A stretch of 61,355 nucleotides of DNA from an uncultured Bacilli bacterium. Its GTDB lineage: Bacteria > Bacillota_I > Bacilli_A > RF39 > UBA660. The stretch covers positions 1 through 61,355 of the forward strand of contig CANRCE010000003.1 in assembly GCA_947629035.1 (NCBI GenBank), written 5' to 3'. Shown one piece after another: positions 1-7,481 of the stretch. The notes under the pieces are model-generated. The model was given only the letters and a program-made list of their open reading frames with translations. It ran no database searches and had not been told where the DNA came from. Position numbers and translations under genes: made by a program. The first letter of the stretch is position 1; every line of letters starts with the position of its first letter.

Positions 1-414
1 GGTAAGTATAAAAAGAAAAAGGGTGAAAGAAAAAGCGAACAACAAATACAATTAGGTGTTACTAGGTTGTTAGCTGATGTAAAAGAATATGGTGAATATA
101 TTAAGGATAAAAAACAAAAAGAATATGAGAAGAGCGAATCATATAGTAAGCAAGTAGCATTAGAAACTTGTCTAATGAATATTCAAATTGCTAGAGATTC
201 TGTTAAAATAAATCATGAAATATTAACTAAATTAAATCCTGAAGACCCTACTTATTTAAGACAAGCACAAAGATTATCTAGTATAATATCAGCGGGTCAA
301 AAGACTATATTAGATTATTTAAAAGAATTAAATAGACTTCAACATCTATATAATAAAGATGGTGGAGATGACGATAAAGTTACTTTAGTATTTAATGACA
401 ATGTAGAGAGGTGA
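1..414 (+). CDS. partial CDS (5-prime end outside the window); possible terminase small subunit
   Basis: Frame 1 is open from nt 1, with no stop before the tracked TTG at 67. Lys/Glu-rich helical protein two genes upstream of TerL. Function assigned by position only. Confidence 0.4.
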   Translation, partial: GKYKKKKGERKSEQQIQLGVTRLLADVKEYGEYIKDKKQKEYEKSESYSKQVALETCLMNIQIARDSVKINHEILTKLNPEDPTYLRQAQRLSSIISAGQKTILDYLKELNRLQHLYNKDGGDDDKVTLVFNDNVER

Positions 415-686
415 TTAAGTTGGAAAAATATAAATCAGTTGAATACATTACATTGTTTGGTAAGGAATATGAAATTGAAAGCAATAAAAATGGTTATATT
501 AAATTAAAAGATTCACCTATCTTTATTAAACAAGGTATTGTATATACTCCAAGAAATAGTACTCCACTTTCATTAGCGCAAACTGATAAAATAAGAAAAA
601 AGATGGTTAGGATTGTTGATAATGATACAAGAAGTGAAGAACAAAAAACTAATGAAGCGATAGTGGAAATGTTTAAGGAGGGTTAG
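411..686 (+). CDS. hypothetical protein (91 aa; start may be TTG at 420)
   Basis: Overlaps the upstream stop (GTGA). GAGAGG lies just upstream. No motif recognised. Confidence 0.5.
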   Translation: MIKLEKYKSVEYITLFGKEYEIESNKNGYIKLKDSPIFIKQGIVYTPRNSTPLSLAQTDKIRKKMVRIVDNDTRSEEQKTNEAIVEMFKEG

Positions 687-689
687 TAG

Positions 690-2168
690 ATGACTACTGA
701 TAACCAAATAAGAAAAATCTTAAACAAAATAGATAAAACACCTAAAAATAAAAAGATAGAATTAAATTCTAAAGAAATCTTTGGTTTAGGTTATAAGCCT
801 CTATTAGAAACGAAAGCGAACTTTATCGTTATGAAGGGTTCGCGTAATAGCAAGAAGTCAGTTAATAACTTTAGGCGAGCAGTTTTAAAATTAATAGGTA
901 GAGTAATGGGTACTAATGACCCTAATCTAAAATGTAATGTTTTAGTTATACGTAAATATTTAACAGACCACTCAGGTTCAACTAGAAAAGAAATTATTAA
1001 AGCAATAAAAGCATTAGGATTAACTGATTTATTTATAATACCTAAATCAGAATTAACTATAACATATAAACCAAAAGGAACTTGCTTTTTCTTCCGTGGT
1101 ATGGATGATGTTCAATCTATTACATCCATTACTTGTGAAGAAGGTTATATTACAGATGTAATATTCGAGGAAGCATTCCAAATAACTAATTATGATGATG
1201 TTGATAAAGTTTTATGGTCTATTCGTGCATTACCTGAACCATATTATCCACAATTTATGTTTATGTTAAATAGTTGGAACGAGGAACATTGGATAAATGA
1301 AAAATTCTTTAAACCTTGTCCTAAAAATATGGAATTTACTTTAGAGGATTATGACCAATGGAAATTAGCAAAAGACACTAATGGAAAAGAAGGAGATATT
1401 ACTAGAGGATTCAATAAATGGTGTGAATACGACCATGAAGAATTTGGTAGAGTATTAGTTGGTACTTGTAATTTCATGGATAATGAATTCGTTTCAGAAC
1501 TAGACTTAAAACGATTTGATAGATTAAGACATTCTAATCCAGATGCTTTTAAAGTTATAGGATTAGGTAATTGGGGTGTTACAGAAGGTAATGTATTTAC
1601 ACACTGGAAAGTTAAAGATTTCAATATTATGGAAATTATTAAACGTAGTGTGAATCCTACTACAGGCAAGCCGACAATTAAAATGTTTAATGGTTTAGAT
1701 TTTGGTTTTAGTACTTCTCCTACTTGTTTTGTAAACCTATTTGTAGATGAGAAAGAATCAGTTATATATATAAATAAAAGTTGGGAACAAGTTGGTTTAA
1801 CGAACCCACAAATAGCCGCTAAGCTTAGAGTATCAGGGTTTAGAGAAGCCATTATATGTTGTGATGCCGCTGAACCTAAATCTATATTAGAGTTAAGACA
1901 TCAAGGTGTATGGAATGCAAGAGCAGGAGATAAATTAGAAATAAGAGATAGAATTGCATTACTAAAATCTTATCATATAATTATTCATCCTTCCTGTACT
2001 AATGTTATAGAAGACTTTAAGAATTGTATCTATGACACAGACCCTAAAACAGGAAAACCAAGATTACCTGAAAGATGGAGTAAAGACCCTTCTGTTGACC
2101 CACACAGCATTGATGCTATTTCATATGCTTTAGGAAAACTACACAAAGGTGGTCTATCTTTCGATTAA
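690..2168 (+). CDS. terL: terminase large subunit
   Basis: 492 aa. N-terminal P-loop-like VMKGSRNSKKS. The acidic C-terminal half is typical of the RNaseH-like nuclease domain. Followed by a strong terminator. Confidence 0.85.
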   Translation: MTTDNQIRKILNKIDKTPKNKKIELNSKEIFGLGYKPLLETKANFIVMKGSRNSKKSVNNFRRAVLKLIGRVMGTNDPNLKCNVLVIRKYLTDHSGSTRKEIIKAIKALGLTDLFIIPKSELTITYKPKGTCFFFRGMDDVQSITSITCEEGYITDVIFEEAFQITNYDDVDKVLWSIRALPEPYYPQFMFMLNSWNEEHWINEKFFKPCPKNMEFTLEDYDQWKLAKDTNGKEGDITRGFNKWCEYDHEEFGRVLVGTCNFMDNEFVSELDLKRFDRLRHSNPDAFKVIGLGNWGVTEGNVFTHWKVKDFNIMEIIKRSVNPTTGKPTIKMFNGLDFGFSTSPTCFVNLFVDEKESVIYINKSWEQVGLTNPQIAAKLRVSGFREAIICCDAAEPKSILELRHQGVWNARAGDKLEIRDRIALLKSYHIIIHPSCTNVIEDFKNCIYDTDPKTGKPRLPERWSKDPSVDPHSIDAISYALGKLHKGGLSFD

Positions 2169-2185
2169 AAAAAAATTATATATCA

Positions 2186-2217
2186 AAAAGCCTTGTTTCA
2201 TAAGGCTTTTTATTTTT
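2186..2217 (+). terminator. rho-independent terminator after terL
   Basis: Stem AAAAGCCTT / AAGGCTTTT with a 7-nt loop, then a T-run. Confidence 0.8.
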
Positions 2218-2243
2218 TGCCAAGGAAAACTTAGTAAAAATCC

Positions 2244-2273
2244 TTGACATTTTCTTTCTATATATTATATAAT
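2244..2273 (+). promoter_or_regulatory. sigma-A-type early promoter (TTGACA, 18 nt, TATAAT)
   Basis: TTGACA at 2244-2249 and TATAAT at 2268-2273. Confidence 0.65.
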
Positions 2274-2377
2274 GAATATAAGATAGAAGTCTAGGAGGCG
2301 TTAGTAATGACCTGAGTATTAGTTTTAGCAATGAATTTAGAAATTTAAAAAAAAATTAAAAATTATTAAAAAACTTA

Positions 2378-2406
2378 TTGACAAATTATATAATATATTA
2401 TATAAT
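2378..2406 (+). promoter_or_regulatory. sigma-A-type early promoter (TTGACA, 17 nt, TATAAT)
   Basis: TTGACA at 2378-2383 and TATAAT at 2401-2406. Same cassette as at 30.6-32.9 kb. Confidence 0.7.
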
Positions 2407-2480
2407 ATTAATATAAATTAAATAAAAGGTCACTTTTAAATAATTTATAGCAATTTATAGAAAGAAGGAGGGTATAAGAA

Positions 2481-2834
2481 ATGAACTTATACGAAGATTT
2501 GAAAAACCTATTCGGGCCAGGTAAAGTGTTCGAACTAAAAGAAGGGGACAAAGGTAGTGATGATTTAAAAGATTATATGCCAATAATCTATAACATCAGA
2601 GAAAAATATCCTACTATTCCAGATGATAGATTATATGATATAATCATTGACTCCATTTTATTTTATAATAGTTACTCAAAGAAAACTACTAAAAGAAGTA
2701 ACTTATTAACATTATTTAAAATGGCAGTCACTCAGGGGGCTATAAATTATATAAGTGTAAAAAGAAATAAACTAAATGACAGTGCTATTAGTTATGAACA
2801 ATTATTAGAAGAAGGTATCCAAATAGAGGGATGA
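2481..2834 (+). CDS. small sigma-70 region-2-like protein (117 aa)
   Basis: GAAGGAGGG RBS. Its pattern (IIYNIREKY ... LFKMAVTQGAINYISVKR) parallels ORFs 4212 and 51532 and resembles sigma region 2. The match is weak. Confidence 0.4.
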   Translation: MNLYEDLKNLFGPGKVFELKEGDKGSDDLKDYMPIIYNIREKYPTIPDDRLYDIIIDSILFYNSYSKKTTKRSNLLTLFKMAVTQGAINYISVKRNKLNDSAISYEQLLEEGIQIEG

Positions 2835-2846
2835 GCGCCTAATACA

Positions 2847-2861
2847 TAGACGAGCTGACAT
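2847..2861 (+). repeat. 15-nt exact repeat TAGACGAGCTGACAT (copy 1 of 2)
   Basis: Identical 15-mer at 29269-29283. It has 7 G/C in an AT-rich genome. Confidence 0.9.
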
Positions 2862-2872
2862 CTTAGTTTAAC

Positions 2873-2907
2873 GAAGGTATTATTTATTAGTAATGCCTTC
2901 TATTTTT
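2873..2907 (+). terminator. rho-independent terminator
   Basis: GAAGGTATTA ... TAATGCCTTC stem with one G-T pair, then TATTTTT. Confidence 0.65.
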
Positions 2908-2957
2908 ATTATAAATAGATTTTTAAAAATTATAAGTAAATTATTAAAAAGTTGATT

Positions 2958-2996
2958 TTAAATTTTTAAAAACATATAATAATAATGAAGAGGGAA
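2958..2996 (+). promoter_or_regulatory. conserved promoter-like element TTAAATTTTT-NN-AAAACATATAATAATAATGAAG (copy 1)
   Basis: The 22-mer at 2969-2990 is identical to 52441-52462. TTGATT lies 17 nt upstream of its TATAAT. Confidence 0.5.
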
Positions 2997-3165
2997 ATAT
3001 TTAAAGTCAAAAAAAATCGACTAGTAGTTAGAAAAAGTAACCACTAGTCCAGAACCAAAAGGTCCTGTGGAACCTATTTGCAAGGAATAGATTCCGTAAT
3101 TATAATACTGATTTTCAAAACTTCAGTTTTTAATTACGAAATCTACGAAAAAACTTGAAGATGTT

Positions 3166-3190
3166 TGTATTAAAAATTGAAGGAAGGAGA
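3166..3190 (+). promoter_or_regulatory. TGTATTA box fused to the RBS
   Basis: TGTATTAAAAATTGAAGGAAGGAG. One of at least 14 copies. Confidence 0.4.
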
Positions 3191-3197
3191 AAACAGT

Positions 3198-4166
3198 ATG
3201 AACAGAACAGTTAATTATTTATCTAAAACTTATTTAAACAATAAAGATATAAATAAAGTAATTGATAAAATTGCTTCACACTTATTTAGATACTGCACTA
3301 AAAAAGTATCTTTAGAATATAAATATTCCGTGGCTATTGAGTGGATTAACGAGCTTAATAGCCATCTTTTATGCCCTTTATTAGATACACAGGAATCAAT
3401 TTATTACAATCCTGACTTCATTTATTATAGAGGATTTACAACAACACAAGAAAAAGAATTAGAAGCAGTTGCTAATGAAATAAATAGAAGATATCAAAAT
3501 TATATTAATAATAATTTTAGATTTTCTAAATATCAAGAAATTTTTGAAACTTGGTCTAATTATAATCATCCTAGTGAAGAAAGAAAAGGTAATTGGACTA
3601 TAAAACAAATTAGTGAAGCAAAAGATATTCAAAAACAATTAAAAGAAACATATCCTGAATTATTTAATAGATTAAGAAAGACTTGTCCGAGATTTAATTG
3701 TGGATTAAGTTTAATAATGGAAGTATGTTCTAAATTATTTGTTTTAGAAAGAATTAGTAAAGACCAATATCAATTAAATTTAAAGAATGAAGAAATAATT
3801 CAAGTTATGCGAGAATACTGTGATAAAACTAATAGTCCATATTATGCAAATGAATATGAAAAAGCAAGTTATATTAGAAGTATTCTAAATGACTTAGTAT
3901 ATTTCTGTTTTAGTGATGATTTTAAAATAACTGAAGATGGATATTTAATGATGAAATTTCACAGCAGATTAATATTATCTTTAACAAGTAATCGCTGTAA
4001 ATTCCTGTTTTCAAAGTCAATCAATAATCATTTCATTATATTCAATGATTTATTAAATTCATTACATAAATTTAATAATCATTCTAAATATAATTACACT
4101 AAAATTAATAATAACTTATTAATAAGATGCAAAAATTGCATGGAAACTAAAAGAAATACTTCATAA
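3198..4166 (+). CDS. hypothetical protein (322 aa)
   Basis: ATG at 3198 is preferred over the tracked TTG at 3177 because GAAGGAAGGAG lies 8 nt upstream. No motif recognised. Carries the 25-nt repeat at 3999-4023. Confidence 0.6.
   Translation: MNRTVNYLSKTYLNNKDINKVIDKIASHLFRYCTKKVSLEYKYSVAIEWINELNSHLLCPLLDTQESIYYNPDFIYYRGFTTTQEKELEAVANEINRRYQNYINNNFRFSKYQEIFETWSNYNHPSEERKGNWTIKQISEAKDIQKQLKETYPELFNRLRKTCPRFNCGLSLIMEVCSKLFVLERISKDQYQLNLKNEEIIQVMREYCDKTNSPYYANEYEKASYIRSILNDLVYFCFSDDFKITEDGYLMMKFHSRLILSLTSNRCKFLFSKSINNHFIIFNDLLNSLHKFNNHSKYNYTKINNNLLIRCKNCMETKRNTS
3999..4023 (+). repeat. 25-nt exact repeat AAATTCCTGTTTTCAAAGTCAATCA (copy inside a CDS)
   Basis: Identical to 35258-35282. Reverse complement of the tandem 20-mers at 35106-35146. 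Confidence 0.9.
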
Positions 4167-4171
4167 ACACT

Positions 4172-4192
4172 TGTATTAAATATTGGAAGGAT
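4172..4192 (+). promoter_or_regulatory. TGTATTA box
   Basis: TGTATTAAATATTGGAAGGA upstream of ORF 4212. Confidence 0.35.
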
Positions 4193-4211
4193 TAAATGGA
4201 GGTAAATTTTT

Positions 4212-4646
4212 ATGATGGAAGATTCTTTTAGATATTATGAAAATTTCGCCACCGGCATCCCCGACCCTCATATCCACTACGCCGAGAACGAAAATTGTTT
4301 TGCTGATATAGTTATTCAGTATAAACCATTGTATTATTCAATGGTAGGAAAATATGGTTTTATAGGACAAGATAATATTTTCAATGTTTATGTAGATTGT
4401 ATTTTAGATTGCTTAAAAAGATATAAAGTAGGTGTTGGAAAACAAACATTTGGAAAATATCTTAAAGTAGCATTTCAACAAGGATGTCTAACAGAAATAA
4501 GTAGATTAAATTGTGATAAAAGGAGAGCAAATATAAATACTTATAACTATGATGATATATTTGACGAAAATACAATAATTGATTCTACTAAAGATGAAAA
4601 TAAATTAAATGAACTTGTATCAATTATTGAAGGGAGAACAAGGTAA
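4212..4646 (+). CDS. small sigma-70 region-2-like protein (144 aa)
   Basis: Paralogous pattern to ORF 2481 (YKPLYYSMVGKY ... YLKVAFQQGCLTEISRL). Contains an anomalous GC3-rich patch at 4245-4289. Confidence 0.4.
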   Translation: MMEDSFRYYENFATGIPDPHIHYAENENCFADIVIQYKPLYYSMVGKYGFIGQDNIFNVYVDCILDCLKRYKVGVGKQTFGKYLKVAFQQGCLTEISRLNCDKRRANINTYNYDDIFDENTIIDSTKDENKLNELVSIIEGRTR

Positions 4647-6502
4647 TGGATTACGAAAGTAAATTTAGTGAAATAGGTATATCAATAAATTTAGATAGGC
4701 ATACAAATTGTAAGACTTCTCCAATGTCATATTATTTGAAATTTAATTATAATGTTAAATATATTGATTTGATAAAGTCTTTACCTATTAGGTATTGGTT
4801 GCCTGAACAGAAGATGTGGGAAATACCTGAAAGAGATATAGACGATTTATATAAATTATTCTTTCCTGATGAAACAGGAGTCGAATTACAGCCTTATGAG
4901 AGTAAAACTCCAATGTTTCCACACCAAATAGAAGCATTAAAATTCGCATTAAAGAATGAAAGTTTTATTAATGGTGGAATGCCTGGAGTAGGAAAGACAA
5001 AAGAAAGTTTAGATGTTGCTTGTTATAGAAAGAAATATAACGGATTGAAACACGTATTAATTATATGCGGTGTATCTAATCTTCGTGCTAACTGGGTGAA
5101 TGAAATTAAAAAGCATACAAATGAAAGTTATTGTTTATTAGGACAACCTTTTAGAAAACCAATGAAGTCTAATCCTAATAGATATTATGATGAAACAGTA
5201 GAAGAAAGATTGATGCATTTAAAATCAGTTCCAAATGAATTCTTTTGGATATGCAATCAAGAAACTTTAAGATGTCCACACGTAGGTAGAGGAAAGAAAA
5301 AGAGAATGGCTGAATTAGATGAACTAAGAAAGTCATTAACAGATGAAGAAATAAGTAAAAAATATAAAGGTTTTGATAGATTATATTTAAAAGGATTAGT
5401 TCCTGCTGATATATTAAAAGAATTGTATGAAAAAGGAGAATTAGGATTAATTATAGTCGATGAATTTCACGAATTAAGAAATCCTAAAAATCAATGTACA
5501 GAAACTTTATTAAGTTTAGATTTTAAAATGCCGAAGATATTATTATCAGGTACACCAGTAGTTAATAGTCCATATGATTTATATGTACCTTTAAAATTAT
5601 TAGGAAGAGAAGATAGAGACTATTATAGTTTTAAATCATATTATACTAATTATACTTTAAATTTTGGAAAATATCTACCTGATGGAACTTTTAAAAACTT
5701 AAATCAATTACAAGCAAAAGTTGATAAATTTATGATAAGACAAAAGAAAGATGTATTAGACTTGCCACCAAAAGTATACGAAGAAAAAGTATTAACGATG
5801 TCTAATGAAGAAAGAGTTATTTATGATAAAGTTTCACACGAAATAATGGACGACTTAGATATAGTATTAAAAGAAGGAGGCAGTACAACAGGTTTAGCTG
5901 TTCAAGTAAGATTAAGACAGTTAACATCAGATGTTGGTGTAATATCAACACAAATTGAAAAACCTACTAAACTTGAATACTTAAGACAAATAATTAGGGA
6001 GCATATCAAAAACAATGAAAAAATGATTGTTTATTCTAGTTTTAGAAAAGTAATTCATAGAATGATGGATTATTATAAAGATGATGAAATCATAAAAGAT
6101 TATATGGATAGATTTATGATTATAGAAGGAGGAATGACACAAGAAGACCTTGAGGATAAGAAAAGTAGATATCAAAATATTGAAGGTTTTGCTTGTATAT
6201 TAGGTGTAACGACAGCATTAAAAGCAGGTCATACCTTAAGTGCTTGTAATACAATAGTATTTATGGACTTACCATTTAATAGAGCAACAATGGAACAAGC
6301 AGAAGATAGAGCACACCGTGTAGGTACAGACCATACAGTAGTTATCGTAAGTCTATTATTTGAAAATACAATAGATGAAACTATCTACTTAACTTGTATG
6401 AATAGAGGATTTACAGCAGACCATATCATAGACAAGAAGGAATTGAAACTTATCACTTGTATAAGAGATGTAATAAAATCAAATACTTATTTAGATGAAT
6501 AA
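4646..6502 (+). CDS. SNF2-family helicase / DNA-dependent ATPase
   Basis: Motifs GMPGVGKT (I), IIVDEFHELRN (II), LLSGTPVVNSPYDLY (III) and QAEDRAHRVGT (VI). Confidence 0.85.
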   Translation: MDYESKFSEIGISINLDRHTNCKTSPMSYYLKFNYNVKYIDLIKSLPIRYWLPEQKMWEIPERDIDDLYKLFFPDETGVELQPYESKTPMFPHQIEALKFALKNESFINGGMPGVGKTKESLDVACYRKKYNGLKHVLIICGVSNLRANWVNEIKKHTNESYCLLGQPFRKPMKSNPNRYYDETVEERLMHLKSVPNEFFWICNQETLRCPHVGRGKKKRMAELDELRKSLTDEEISKKYKGFDRLYLKGLVPADILKELYEKGELGLIIVDEFHELRNPKNQCTETLLSLDFKMPKILLSGTPVVNSPYDLYVPLKLLGREDRDYYSFKSYYTNYTLNFGKYLPDGTFKNLNQLQAKVDKFMIRQKKDVLDLPPKVYEEKVLTMSNEERVIYDKVSHEIMDDLDIVLKEGGSTTGLAVQVRLRQLTSDVGVISTQIEKPTKLEYLRQIIREHIKNNEKMIVYSSFRKVIHRMMDYYKDDEIIKDYMDRFMIIEGGMTQEDLEDKKSRYQNIEGFACILGVTTALKAGHTLSACNTIVFMDLPFNRATMEQAEDRAHRVGTDHTVVIVSLLFENTIDETIYLTCMNRGFTADHIIDKKELKLITCIRDVIKSNTYLDE

Positions 6503-6521
6503 GTATTCTTTTTATTTCGAC

Positions 6522-6545
6522 TGTATTTATATATGAGAGGAGATT
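6522..6545 (+). promoter_or_regulatory. TGTATTA-box variant (TGTATTT)
   Basis: CTGTATTTATATATGAGAGGAG upstream of ORF 6553. Confidence 0.3.
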
Positions 6546-6552
6546 TAATAAT

Positions 6553-6867
6553 ATGAATTTTAATGAATGGGTTACAATTAATAAGAAAAGAATCTCTATC
6601 TTGGAAATTCCTGGAGTATATGATAAAAAGAAAGTACTTAATCAAATAGTTAATGTTTCATATCATATGTATTTAGATATGAACTATTCTGTAGAGGATT
6701 TAGAATTTATTCCTAGTTTAAACTTAGATGAGGACCAATTAAATAAATGGTATGATTATATTATTCAAACATCTAAAGAAAATGTACTATTCAAATTAGA
6801 AAAGGATAGAAAGGAAAAACAAGTAGGATTAAAGAGGAAGAGTTTATTAGGAGGTAATTTAAAATGA
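6553..6867 (+). CDS. hypothetical protein (104 aa)
   Basis: RBS present and tightly packed. No motif recognised. Confidence 0.55.
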   Translation: MNFNEWVTINKKRISILEIPGVYDKKKVLNQIVNVSYHMYLDMNYSVEDLEFIPSLNLDEDQLNKWYDYIIQTSKENVLFKLEKDRKEKQVGLKRKSLLGGNLK

Positions 6868-7469
6868 AATGTATTTACGATAAAGTTTGTCCTAATTTAT
6901 CTGATGGGTGTTGGAGAAGTTGTTATCGATATATTAAGTTTAATAATTTAGTTGGCCAACTTAATATAACAGATGGAGCAATAACAACATTTTTAGGTGG
7001 ATATGTTCAAGGAAAGATACATACACTGAAGGAATTATTTTCACAGAATGCTAAAATAGCAATTATAACATTTCAAGATTTTTACTTATGTCAATTCTTG
7101 ATGTTTAAATATTCATTATATTTAATTAATAAGTTTTTAATGCCGATGGATAAAATGCCTATTATATTAAATATAACATTCAATGATGTTTTAGATGCGC
7201 ATTTTAATAATGGAAATAAGAATATAACAACTATTAATGAATGTGAATTATTAATATTAAGAAATTATCACACGGTTACATCCCCAACAGGAAAAAGTAT
7301 AATTGATGATTTAATTAGTAGTAGAATTAGTAAAGGTTTATTTACAATAATGTTATTTGAAAAAGATGTAGTAGATACAAATGAGGGGGTAATAAAGCAC
7401 TGTATTCAAAATTATAAGAATGATGTTATGATGTTGAATGAGTCGAATATAACAACAGAAGAGATATAG
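6864..7469 (+). CDS. hypothetical protein (201 aa); possible helicase-loading accessory, by position only
   Basis: AGGAGG RBS. Cys-rich N-terminus. Lies immediately upstream of the DnaB-like helicase. Confidence 0.5.
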   Translation: MKCIYDKVCPNLSDGCWRSCYRYIKFNNLVGQLNITDGAITTFLGGYVQGKIHTLKELFSQNAKIAIITFQDFYLCQFLMFKYSLYLINKFLMPMDKMPIILNITFNDVLDAHFNNGNKNITTINECELLILRNYHTVTSPTGKSIIDDLISSRISKGLFTIMLFEKDVVDTNEGVIKHCIQNYKNDVMMLNESNITTEEI

Positions 7470-7481
7470 GAGGATTAGACT

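Noticed and set aside
1349-1852. Antisense ORFs nested in + strand genes. These include 1349-1852, 5981-6175, 8435-8689, 9360-9593, 10127-10327, 12709-12900, 13822-14016, 21667-21879, 23647-23832, 24456-24842, 25431-25742 and 27502-27753. Also 30792-31022, 32873-33064, 33276-33473, 33512-33781, 36885-37124, 39762-39950, 41143-41346, 41746-42000, 44254-44463 and 49446-49646. Also 53634-54008, 55008-55385, 58298-58504, 58795-58977, 59344-59655, 60064-60306 and 60334-60870.
   Set aside because: These are shadow ORFs opposite well-supported genes. They lack RBSs and have low-complexity or hydrophobic composition typical of antisense AT-rich frames.
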